The position numbers were made by a program, and so were the translations under genes. From the NCBI GenBank assembly GCA_051418015.1, contig JBPRGF010000033.1, forward strand, positions 52,298 to 116,297: a stretch of 64,000 nucleotides of DNA, written 5' to 3'. Each line of letters starts with the position of its first letter. The stretch's first letter is position 1. Positions 36,119 to 44,630 of the stretch are shown piece after piece. The notes under the pieces were generated by a model. That model did no database searches. It was not told the DNA's origin and saw nothing but the letters and a program-made list of their open reading frames with translations. Source of the DNA: Candidatus Nitrospinota bacterium M3_3B_026 (GTDB lineage Bacteria > Nitrospinota_A > UBA7883 > JBPRGF01).

Positions 36119-37074
36119 CGGTCCGTTTTTTGCTTGTGCTGGTCGGCGCCGTGGCCGCCCTGTCCTGCTCCACCATTGAAAAAAGCCCCTCCGGCCCTGG
36201 CGCCGGGGAAAAGACCGGCCGGTCCTTCCTCGAGCCGTGGGGGGAGATATCCCGTCAGGTGGCGTCGATGGAAAACGGCGGGGAGAGAGATACGGCGCCG
36301 CCCCTGCGGCCGTTCCTTGCGCCGAGCGCCGTGGCGGCCAGAGATGAATATGTTTATATAGCCGACTCCGGCGCCGGATGCGTCTTCAGGTACAACAGCT
36401 ACAGCATGGCCCTCGCAAGGCTGGTGAGGCCGCCGGCTGATTTCCTTACCGATATAAAAGTCCTGGCCGACCACTCGTTCGTCGTGACCGATCCGTTCAA
36501 CAGCCGCGTGCTGCGCTTCGGTCATGACGGGAGCCTGAGGTGGGTTTTCAAGAACCGAACCTACCTGAGCCACCCCACCTCCGTCGCTGTGGACGAGAAA
36601 AGGGGCATGGTCTACGCCGCCGACGGGGCGGGCGGCTACATCGTGGCGTTCAACACCGCGGGCCAGGTGGTCAACGTCATGGCGGACTGGGTGTCCGGAA
36701 AGGAAGGCCCCATCGACATAGCCTCCATCGCCATGGGCCCCGACGGGCTGTACGTGGCCGACAGGGTCTCCCGCGCCGTCCATGTCTTCAACGGCGACGG
36801 GGAGCGGCTCTATTTTTTCGGAGACAAGGACCTTGGGGAGCCCCTGGCCCTCGACGTTGACGAAGACGGCAGGGTCTACGTCGCCGACGGGGCGGACAGC
36901 TCCATCAAGGTCTTCTCCGGCGGACGGCTGGTCTGGAGCGCGGGAAAAGAGGATGGCGGATGGGTCAGGTTCCAGGGTCTTTCGGACCTGGCCGTGGAGG
37001 ACGGGCGCCTTTACGCCTCGGACAACGTGTCGGGAAAGGTTTACATTTTCCTCGTCATGCCGGAGAATTTGTAA
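36115..37074 (+). CDS. NHL-repeat beta-propeller lipoprotein
   Basis: GTG overlapping upstream TGA; lipobox ALSC; repeated VYIADS/VYAADG/LYVADR blades. Confidence 0.85.
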   Translation: MTVRFLLVLVGAVAALSCSTIEKSPSGPGAGEKTGRSFLEPWGEISRQVASMENGGERDTAPPLRPFLAPSAVAARDEYVYIADSGAGCVFRYNSYSMALARLVRPPADFLTDIKVLADHSFVVTDPFNSRVLRFGHDGSLRWVFKNRTYLSHPTSVAVDEKRGMVYAADGAGGYIVAFNTAGQVVNVMADWVSGKEGPIDIASIAMGPDGLYVADRVSRAVHVFNGDGERLYFFGDKDLGEPLALDVDEDGRVYVADGADSSIKVFSGGRLVWSAGKEDGGWVRFQGLSDLAVEDGRLYASDNVSGKVYIFLVMPENL

Positions 37075-37119
37075 TGACGAATGTCCCGCTTTTCTATTTT
37101 CGCGCCGCTTGATTTGAAA

Positions 37120-38196
37120 ATGACGAACAGGGGAATTTTCAGGGCGTCCACGGCCTGGGCCGTTCTCGCCGTTTTCCTGGCCCTCGGCGGCTGCGCCGCG
37201 CCGAAATATTCCATGACGCTTGACGTCTACGGAATCAACGGCGATGTGGAGAAGGTCTGGCCGCCCGCGCCGGAGGTGCCCCGCTACATGTACATAGGGG
37301 AGCTTGTGGGTGAGCCTAACTTCGCGAAAGATTCGGGAGGCGGCGGATTCAGGAAGGCGCTGGAGGTCATCGCGGGAGTGATCGCGGGCAAGAGCGGGCC
37401 GGAGCTTTTGCAACGCCCCCAGGCCGGCGTGGTGGACGCTGAGGGAAACATTTACATCACCGACGTCAGCCGCCAGGCGGTCTGCGTGTTCCACCAGGAG
37501 AAGGGCTTTTTGGTCTGGGATATGATCAGCAGGATGGGCAGATTCGTATCCCCCATAGGCGTCGCCATCGGCAGGGACGGCGAGATTCTAGTGACGGACT
37601 CCGAGCTCGGCGTCGTCGTCCGGCTCGACAGGGAGGGCAAGCCGCTGGGGATATTCGGGCGCAAGGAGTTGACCCGTCCCACGGGGATAGTGGCCGATCC
37701 CGAGAAGGGCTTTGTTTACGTCGCCGACACACACGCCCACGACATCAAGGTTTTCGATTATGATGGCGGACTCGTGGGGACCATCGGAAAACGCGGCGAC
37801 GAGAAGGGGAGCCTCAACTTTCCCATTCATCTCGCCTTCTCCAAGGGGAGGATATACGTCACTGACACCCTCAACGCGCGCGTGCAGGTGTTCAGCGAGG
37901 ACGGGGAGTTCATAACGACTTTCGGCAGCCGGGGTCTTTACAAGGGGCAGTTCACCCGCCCGAAGGGCATAGCCCTGGACTCCGACGGCAACATCTACGT
38001 TGTGGAGTCATACTACGACCACCTGCTGATATATGACAACCAGGGCCGGTTCCTCCTGCCGATGGGAGGGGCCGGGTCCGATCCGGGCAAGTTCTACCTG
38101 CCGGCGGGGGTCTGGGTGGACGAGCATGACAGGGTATTCGTGGCGGACATGTTCAACCGGCGTGTCGTTGTTTTCCAGTACCTTGGCGGCTCCTGA
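37120..38196 (+). CDS. NHL-repeat six-bladed beta-propeller lipoprotein
   Basis: Lipobox LGGC; VWPPAPEVPRY; RPTGI, FPIHLA, RPKGIALD, LPAGVWVD. Confidence 0.88.
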   Translation: MTNRGIFRASTAWAVLAVFLALGGCAAPKYSMTLDVYGINGDVEKVWPPAPEVPRYMYIGELVGEPNFAKDSGGGGFRKALEVIAGVIAGKSGPELLQRPQAGVVDAEGNIYITDVSRQAVCVFHQEKGFLVWDMISRMGRFVSPIGVAIGRDGEILVTDSELGVVVRLDREGKPLGIFGRKELTRPTGIVADPEKGFVYVADTHAHDIKVFDYDGGLVGTIGKRGDEKGSLNFPIHLAFSKGRIYVTDTLNARVQVFSEDGEFITTFGSRGLYKGQFTRPKGIALDSDGNIYVVESYYDHLLIYDNQGRFLLPMGGAGSDPGKFYLPAGVWVDEHDRVFVADMFNRRVVVFQYLGGS

Positions 38197-38384
38197 CCCG
38201 CCACTCCCGGCCCGCTCCACGAGGGGCTTCCCGGCATTCGCCAAAGCGGTGATAGATGATGACGGCGAGCCCTCTGGCATGGTAAAATTTTATTGTTGAA
38301 AACGGCGGATTCCAGCGTCTTGCGCGCCGCCCGCCGTTCCGCGGTTCGATCGCCGCTTGTCATCGTTTCAGGGGATTATTGGGG

Positions 38385-40913
38385 ATGACTGACACCTGCC
38401 GCCGGGGGGGAGGCCTGCCGTGGATTGTGGCGTTCGCGCTCGCCGTTTTTTCCGCGTGGGGCGCGGAAGGCGCCAGGGTGGCCGACGTATCCAACACCAA
38501 GCATAACCTTTCCACCTCCGGGCCGGGGACGGTGAAAGCCACCGAGGAGACGCAGATATGCGTCTTCTGCCACACGCCTCACGGCGCGGAGCTCGACGAC
38601 CCCGACAACCCCACCCCCACGCCGCTTTGGAACAGGGAGTACTCGGCGGCGACTTATACGCCCTATACCTCCAAGTCGATGCAGGCCGCGGGCATGGCGC
38701 CGCCGGACCCCGGGCTGCAGCCGGACGGCTCCTCGAAGCTGTGTCTGTCCTGCCACGACGGCACGATAGCCATCGGCGCCGTCAATGTCCTGAACGGGCA
38801 GCTCATGACATCGCCCATAGGCATGGAAGGCGTGGGCACGAGCGTTCCCGGCGAGATGCCGGGCGGGACTTACGGCGAGACGTCGGGGTTCACGAGATTC
38901 ATCGGGACGGACCTGACCAACGACCACCCGATATCCTTCACCTACGACACCGCCCTGGCCACAGCCGACGGCGAGCTGCGCGATCCGGCGGACACGAACA
39001 ACGAGATAGACAACAGGACGCTCGGGGTGAAGCCTCTCGTGCCGCTGGAGAGCAACAAGGTCCAGTGCATAAGCTGCCACGACCCGCACATCCGCGAGAC
39101 CGACGACACCGCGGGCAACATCAACAACAACACGGTCAGCGCAAAGTTCCTGCGGCTCAACAGGTTCCAGGCGTCAAACCCCATCGGGGGGAACTTCGAC
39201 ACCGCCAACGACCTTGTCTGCCTGGCCTGTCATGATAAATTGGGGCAGGAGTGGGCCCGCTCCGTCCACGCAAATGACACCCACGCCAACGAGATATACA
39301 AGGACACCGAGGCCAACCTGCGGGAGTTTCCCACGGGGATCGAGGTGTGGCAGGCCGCGTGTATGAACTGCCACGACACCCACACCGTCCAGGGCGCCCG
39401 CAGGCTCCTGCGGGAGGGGACGGACGACACCAACACCCCCAAGCAGGGGGGGAACTCCGCCATAGAGCAGACCTGCTACCAGTGCCACACCACGTCGGCC
39501 TCGTCCATACTGCAGAGCGTAAGCAACGACGTCCCGGACATATACTCCGACTTCCAGCTGACAAGAAGGATGCCGATAACGGAGACCCCGGAGGCGCACG
39601 ACATAAACGACGCCGACTTCACCGAGGACCAGGCCACCCTGGGGTATAACAACCTGTCGAACCGCCATGCGGAGTGCACCGACTGCCACAACCCCCACAG
39701 GATAATCAAGAAAAGGCTCTTCACCGACACCAGCGCCCCCACCGCGGGCGACATCGCCACCCACGCAAGCGACGACACCGACCATGACACTCTCAACCAC
39801 ACGAACATAGCCTCCGGCGTCCTGCGGGGGACGTTCGGCGTCGAGCCGGTTTACAACGACAACGACTTCAACACCGACGTGAACGCGAACATAAGCTTCC
39901 AGGAAAAGCAGGGGGTCGGGAGCACGTCGAACGTCGGCGACGCCTGGGTGACCCGCGAGTACCAGATATGCCTGAAATGCCATTCCCACTACGGCTACAA
40001 CGATGACAACCAGCCCGACGGCAGCACCATCAGGCCAGCCCTTGGTTACGCGGGCGGGACGCCGTCGGGAACGAACGGGATGCAAAACTACACCAACCAG
40101 GCCAGGGAGTTCAACTCGCCCATATCGCACAAGGGTGAGGTGAGCCAGGGAAATGACGGTGGAGCGGAGCTGAACACCAACAACCACCGCTCCTGGCACC
40201 CGGTGATGAGAGAGACCGGCCGCACGGCGAGCGTCCGAGGCAGCATGAATCCGGCGTTGTTCCTCTCGCCCTGGAACAACAACATCGGGGGGCAGACGAT
40301 GTACTGCACGGACTGCCACGGCTCCAACACGGCGCTGGGGACGGTGGCGCCGAGCGCCGGGCGCGTTTGGGGGCCTCATGGCTCCGAGAACAACTTCCTG
40401 CTGAAGGGGGTGTGGGACACCTCCGTGGGTTCATCGGAGAACGGAGGCAGCGGGCAGGATGCGCTCTGCTTCCGTTGCCACGACTATAACAACTACGCCA
40501 ACCCGAATAATGGCTCTCCCGGCAAGAGCGGCTTCTCCACCCCCAACGGCAATTGCATGATGTGCAATTTAGGTTATGACAATAACCTCCACATCGGCCA
40601 CGCGCGGAGGATCGGCTATTTCCGGTGCAAGTGGTGCCACGTGATGGTACCCCACGGCTGGAAGAACAAGGCGCTGCTCGTCAACCGCAAAGACCTGGGG
40701 CCGGAGGTGGGACTCGGCGTCGGTACCAACGCGGGCAACCTGAACGGCGGCGATTCGTCCGTCACAACGATGTCTCCGTATTACTACGACTCGAAACTGT
40801 ATATCGACAGCTGGGCCGCGAGCGGTAACTGGGACGACGACAACTGCGGCGGCGGCGACCGGGGCATGGGCGGCGAATGGATGCCGAACAACTGCGCCTC
40901 CCCGCCGCCCTGA
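38385..40913 (+). CDS. Exported undecaheme c-type cytochrome (UetA/UetJ-like)
   Basis: Signal peptide; 11 CxxCH (CVFCH, CLSCH, CISCH, CLACH, CMNCH, CYQCH, CTDCH, CLKCH, CTDCH, CFRCH, CKWCH) plus CMMCN; Asn/Asp/Thr-rich. Confidence 0.92.
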   Translation: MTDTCRRGGGLPWIVAFALAVFSAWGAEGARVADVSNTKHNLSTSGPGTVKATEETQICVFCHTPHGAELDDPDNPTPTPLWNREYSAATYTPYTSKSMQAAGMAPPDPGLQPDGSSKLCLSCHDGTIAIGAVNVLNGQLMTSPIGMEGVGTSVPGEMPGGTYGETSGFTRFIGTDLTNDHPISFTYDTALATADGELRDPADTNNEIDNRTLGVKPLVPLESNKVQCISCHDPHIRETDDTAGNINNNTVSAKFLRLNRFQASNPIGGNFDTANDLVCLACHDKLGQEWARSVHANDTHANEIYKDTEANLREFPTGIEVWQAACMNCHDTHTVQGARRLLREGTDDTNTPKQGGNSAIEQTCYQCHTTSASSILQSVSNDVPDIYSDFQLTRRMPITETPEAHDINDADFTEDQATLGYNNLSNRHAECTDCHNPHRIIKKRLFTDTSAPTAGDIATHASDDTDHDTLNHTNIASGVLRGTFGVEPVYNDNDFNTDVNANISFQEKQGVGSTSNVGDAWVTREYQICLKCHSHYGYNDDNQPDGSTIRPALGYAGGTPSGTNGMQNYTNQAREFNSPISHKGEVSQGNDGGAELNTNNHRSWHPVMRETGRTASVRGSMNPALFLSPWNNNIGGQTMYCTDCHGSNTALGTVAPSAGRVWGPHGSENNFLLKGVWDTSVGSSENGGSGQDALCFRCHDYNNYANPNNGSPGKSGFSTPNGNCMMCNLGYDNNLHIGHARRIGYFRCKWCHVMVPHGWKNKALLVNRKDLGPEVGLGVGTNAGNLNGGDSSVTTMSPYYYDSKLYIDSWAASGNWDDDNCGGGDRGMGGEWMPNNCASPPP

Positions 40914-40975
40914 TGGGGCGTTGCGAGTCTCGGATTGCGGGTTAAAGATGCTGGAGACCGGAGGCCTATCATTTT

Positions 40976-41019
40976 CTCCCCCTGCCGGAGGGACAGTGGC
41001 GCGAAGCGCCGAGGGGGAG
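40976..41019. repeat. CTCCCCCT...AGGGGGAG palindromic repeat unit
   Basis: CTCCCCCTGCCGGAGGGACAGTGGCGCGAAGCGCCGAGGGGGAG, with nested hairpin GGCGC-GAA-GCGCC. Confidence 0.6.
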
Positions 41020-41023
41020 GGAG

Positions 41024-41109
41024 CAATGTCATTCTGAGCCGCAGGCGAAGAATCCCGCCGGGCTTGGCGAGGGCGACGGGATGCTTCGCTGTTGCTCAGC
41101 ATGACATTG
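41024..41109. repeat. 86-nt palindromic REP-like element (left copy)
   Basis: CAATGTCATTCTGAGC...GCGAAGAATCCC...GGGATGCTTCGC...GCTCAGCATGACATTG folds as one long hairpin. Confidence 0.85.
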
Positions 41110-41119
41110 GCGGGGCGTG

Positions 41120-41419
41120 ATGGCAAGAACGAGAAGGTATTATGTCTACATCATGACCAACAAACGCAATACCGTTCTTTATACGGGTGTGACCTGAAAC
41201 ATCCAGAGAAGGATGCGGGAGCACAAAGAAAAAATCATAAGCGGTTTTACTTCCAAGTATAACGCAATCAAGCTTGTTTATTACGAGGTTTTCAACAGTG
41301 TCCGCGAGGCGTTGTCCAGGGAGAAGCAGATAAAAGGATGGCTGCGCGAGAAAAAGATCGTGTTAATAGAGTCGGTGAACCCTGAATGGAAGGACTTGAG
41401 CGAGGATATTATTTGGTGA
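41120..41419 (+). pseudogene. Small GIY-YIG nuclease with in-frame TGA at codon 26
   Basis: MARTRRYYVYIMTNKRNTVLYTGVT*NIQRRMREHK...GFTSKYN..KLVYYE...REKQIKGW...NPEWKDL; TGA at 41195-41197; markedly lower GC than neighbours. Confidence 0.85.
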
Positions 41420-41428
41420 CGCCGACTT

Positions 41429-41618
41429 TGTCATTCTGGGGCCGGAGGCCGAAGAATCCCGACCGGGCATGGCAAAGGCGGACGGGATGCTTCGCTTCGC
41501 TCAGCATGACATCGGGGGTCCGGGGGTATGCTTCGCGGAGTTTATCCTGAGCCACCGCGAAGGGCCCGGCATGACATCGGATGCTTGGACGAGACTCTTA
41601 GCTTCGCTCATGATGACA
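41429..41618. repeat. Right copy of the REP-like element plus two degenerate half copies
   Basis: 41429-41511 TGTCATTCTGGGG...CGAAGAATCCC...GGGATGCTTCGCTTCGCTCAGCATGACA; further ATGCTTCGC...CATGACA (about 41528-41576) and GCTTCGCTCATGATGACA (to 41618). Confidence 0.8.
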
Positions 41619-41649
41619 ACATATCGCGCATGAAACTTCCCGCCGTACA

Positions 41650-42648
41650 ATGACGATCATCGAAGCGCTGGCTTCGCTGAGGTTTTCCCTCGTTCTCATA
41701 GCGCTGCTCTCGGCGGGCGCCATGCTGGCCTCGTATGACGTCTACCACGCGGGCTGGCTGGTGGGGCCGCCGATGGCGCTGCTGGCCGTGAACCTCGCCG
41801 CCGCGATCGCCGCGAACCCCGTCTTCCGCCGCCAGACGCCGCTGCTCATCTTCCATCTGGCGCTTTTGTTCGTGGTGGTCTTCGCCGCCCTCGGCAGGCT
41901 CTGCTACCTGAAAGGCCACGTGGAGGTGGCCGAGGGGACGCCGATGAACCCCGCCCTTGCGGGATATGAAAACGGCCCCTTGCACTTTTATAAACTGGAT
42001 GAAGTAAAGTTCGTAAACGCCGGATTTAAAATAGAATACGGGCCGGATCGCGAGAAGGGCAAGACGCTCAACAGGGTGGTCTACCAAGGGCCGGGGGGCG
42101 AGCGCCGGGAAGCGCTGATCGGCGACCAGGTTCCGCTGGAGATCGGCGGGTACAAGTTCTACACAACGTCGAACAAGGGTTTCGCGCCGGTCTTCACGTG
42201 GGCGCCCGCCGACGGCTCGCCCCCCGCGACGGGGTCGGTCCACCTGCCGAGCTATCCGAGATATGAGAAACGCCAGGCGATACCCTGGGAGATACCGGGG
42301 GCGGGGTTGAAGGTTTTCACGATGCTTGTCGTGGACGAGCCTGTCATCGCCTCCGGGAAGGTTTCGAGGTTCCGTCCACCTGAAAAGCATCACGTCATCG
42401 CGCGCGTGGGGGATGAGACGAAACGGATGAAGCCCGGCGACAGGCTGGAGCTTCCCGGGGGGACTTTGGTCTACCGCGAGCTTCGGACGTGGATGGGGTA
42501 TGGTATATACAGCGACTGGACGCTGCCGTGGCTTTTCGCCGCGTGCGCCGTGGCGGCGGTGAGCCTCGGGTGGTATTTCTGGGACAAGTTCGCGGCCTCG
42601 CCGTGGATGAGGGAGGAGGGCGCCCGTCTGTCCGGCGGCGCCTCGTGA
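41650..42648 (+). CDS. ccsB: Cytochrome c biogenesis protein CcsB/ResB-like
   Basis: LASLRF N-terminus, 3 TM with FHLALL His, periplasmic domain, C-terminal TM; adjacent to ccsA. Confidence 0.75.
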   Translation: MTIIEALASLRFSLVLIALLSAGAMLASYDVYHAGWLVGPPMALLAVNLAAAIAANPVFRRQTPLLIFHLALLFVVVFAALGRLCYLKGHVEVAEGTPMNPALAGYENGPLHFYKLDEVKFVNAGFKIEYGPDREKGKTLNRVVYQGPGGERREALIGDQVPLEIGGYKFYTTSNKGFAPVFTWAPADGSPPATGSVHLPSYPRYEKRQAIPWEIPGAGLKVFTMLVVDEPVIASGKVSRFRPPEKHHVIARVGDETKRMKPGDRLELPGGTLVYRELRTWMGYGIYSDWTLPWLFAACAVAAVSLGWYFWDKFAASPWMREEGARLSGGAS

Positions 42649-42675
42649 TAAAGTGGAACACGCGCGGGACTCTCA

Positions 42676-42769
42676 AATCCTCCCCCTTGAAGGGGGAGGA
42701 TTAAGGTGGGGGTGTTAAAAGAATCTTTATACACCCTCCCCTGTATCCCCTCCCGTCAAGGGAGGGGAT
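42676..42769. repeat. Composite double-hairpin intergenic repeat
   Basis: AATCCTCCCCCTT-G-AAGGGGGAGGATT, then GGTGGGGGTG...CACCCTCCCC, then ATCCCCTCCC-GTCAA-GGGAGGGGAT. Confidence 0.8.
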
Positions 42770-42842
42770 GGCTCCAGAATATTCCCCCGAGGGAGGGGCG
42801 GTGTTTTGGATAAAAAAGCCAAGGCAAGAACAGAGAAAAAGG

Positions 42843-43649
42843 TTGGAGACGGAGCTTAAAACCCTTTGGGCGGCGCTTGCCGTTTACGTGATCGCCGGCT
42901 GCCTGGCGGTTATCGGGACGATTTTGCGCAGGCGCCCGGAGAAGGTCCTGCTGGGCCTGATGGCGGCGGGGCTCGGCCTGCACGCGCTGGCCATCGGATT
43001 GCGCTGGGGGCGTCTTGGCTACGGGCCTTTCATCACGATGTTCGACATACTGTCGAGCAATATCTTCAGCCTGCTTTTCATCTTCACTTTGGCGTACTGG
43101 CGGTTCCGCCCCATAAGGCCCGTGGCGGCGGTCGTCCTGCCGGTGATGTTTCTGATGATGGGGTGGCTCATCGTCGTCGACCCCGCCGAGGGGCATTACC
43201 CCCCCACCTATGACACGATATGGCTTTACATTCACATCGGTTTCGGCAAGATTTTTATGGGGGCGGCGCTGGTGGCCCTGGGCATGGCGATAGTCATCCT
43301 CGTCCGCTGGGCGGGGGTTTTCGGGTTCGCCTCCCTGCCGGACAGCGAGAGCCTCGACGAGCTGGCCTACCGGTTCATGGCGATAGGGTTCATCTTCGAC
43401 GCGCTGATGCTGGTGGCCGGGGCTGTGTGGGCCCAGGACGCCTGGGGGCGCTACTGGGCGTGGGACCCGCTTGAGACATGGTCGCTTATCACGTGGCTGC
43501 TGCTGGCCTTCGCCCTGCACACCAGGATCACCCTCAAGACGGCGCCGCCCGTGGGGGCGGTGATGGTCATCGTTGTCTTCGCCGTGGCGTTCCTGACCTT
43601 TTTCGGCGTTCCCTTCATCTCCGAGGCGCCGCACAAGGGGGTGGTGTGA
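42843..43649 (+). CDS. ccsA: Cytochrome c biogenesis protein CcsA (System II heme lyase)
   Basis: WLYIHI; GAVWAQDAWGRYWAWDPLETW (WWD motif); C-terminal His; TTG start chosen downstream of the repeat. Confidence 0.9.
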   Translation: METELKTLWAALAVYVIAGCLAVIGTILRRRPEKVLLGLMAAGLGLHALAIGLRWGRLGYGPFITMFDILSSNIFSLLFIFTLAYWRFRPIRPVAAVVLPVMFLMMGWLIVVDPAEGHYPPTYDTIWLYIHIGFGKIFMGAALVALGMAIVILVRWAGVFGFASLPDSESLDELAYRFMAIGFIFDALMLVAGAVWAQDAWGRYWAWDPLETWSLITWLLLAFALHTRITLKTAPPVGAVMVIVVFAVAFLTFFGVPFISEAPHKGVV

Positions 43650-44233
43650 CGAAGCGGAAAAGGGATCGGCGCGCGCTGGCGCTGGGGCTTTCGCTCGCGG
43701 GCGTCCTGGCGCTGGGGACAGCGATACACTTCGCGCCGGATATCGACTTTCTCGCCTATTTATCCCTCGCGGACGAGGAGGCGGAGAAGGAAAAAAAGCT
43801 GAAGGAGCACGTCGACTCCGCCGTCGCGGCGGAGGTAGACAAAAGGTTCCGGCAGGCCGTCGCGATGCTCCACGCCAAAAAATACGAGTACGCCGCGTCG
43901 GCCCTGCATCGCGTGCTCGAGCTTCGGCCCAGGATGCCCGAGGCGCACGTCAACATGGGCTTCGCCATGCTCGGGATGGACGACTACAAGGCCGCGAGGG
44001 ACTTTTTCGAGGGGGCGATAGATATCCACCCGTCCCAGGAGAACGCCTATTACGGCCTGTCGCTTGCCCTGCGGGAGCTTGGCGATCTCGAGGGCGCCGT
44101 CGGGGCGATGCGGACCTATGTTCATCTTGTGAAACCTGATAGCCCCTACCTTGAAAAAGCCCGGGCCAGCCTGGAGGAGATGGAAAACGAGCTGACCGAA
44201 AAACGGGGCGAACGATCCGTTACGATCGAATAG
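43646..44233 (+). CDS. Membrane-anchored TPR protein
   Basis: GTGA overlap with ccsA; TM then TPR motifs PEAHVNMGFAM and ENAYYGLSLAL. Confidence 0.8.
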   Translation: MTKRKRDRRALALGLSLAGVLALGTAIHFAPDIDFLAYLSLADEEAEKEKKLKEHVDSAVAAEVDKRFRQAVAMLHAKKYEYAASALHRVLELRPRMPEAHVNMGFAMLGMDDYKAARDFFEGAIDIHPSQENAYYGLSLALRELGDLEGAVGAMRTYVHLVKPDSPYLEKARASLEEMENELTEKRGERSVTIE

Positions 44234-44257
44234 AAATATCCCCCTCGGCCCCATCTT

Positions 44258-44303
44258 TTCTCAATATCGAGAATAGAGCAACCCAAAATCCCGATAGTGA
44301 GAA
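44258..44303. promoter_or_regulatory. Tandem imperfect palindromes (candidate regulator sites)
   Basis: TTCTC-AATATC-GAGAA and ATCCC-GATAGT-GAGAA, 30 bp apart in an AT-rich gap. Confidence 0.4.
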
Positions 44304-44630
44304 AAAATATCTCTTTTTTCTTTCTCGGCATGGAAATATTTGTTACAATCCTTTCGCTCGAGTTAAAGATGTTTTCAGCTAGCCGCTGGAGGGGCGGGCC
44401 GCAGCGAGTGAGTCTGGTTGTTGATGTAATCTTATCGATAACAGATAGATACAGTCCTGGATAGCCTTGCTTCGCGTAACCGTGCTGTTTTTTGGCCCTG
44501 ATGGATGAGGCTTTTGGACATAAATGTCCTGTCAAAGTCCTTCCGCCCGCCTTTCCAGGCACGGAAAATGTATTGTACATAGCCAATGCCCGAAAAGCCC
44601 GTTCAGTCATGATAGGGATTCTGTGACGTA

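Noticed and set aside
41024-41618. CRISPR-like or guide-RNA array
   Set aside because: Only two full and two partial long degenerate hairpins, no regular repeat-spacer period and no cas genes; better explained as REP-like repeats.
42768-42842. N-terminal extension of CcsA (MAPEYSPEGG...)
   Set aside because: The ATG lies in the end of the palindromic repeat; CcsA-like sequence starts at TTG 42843.
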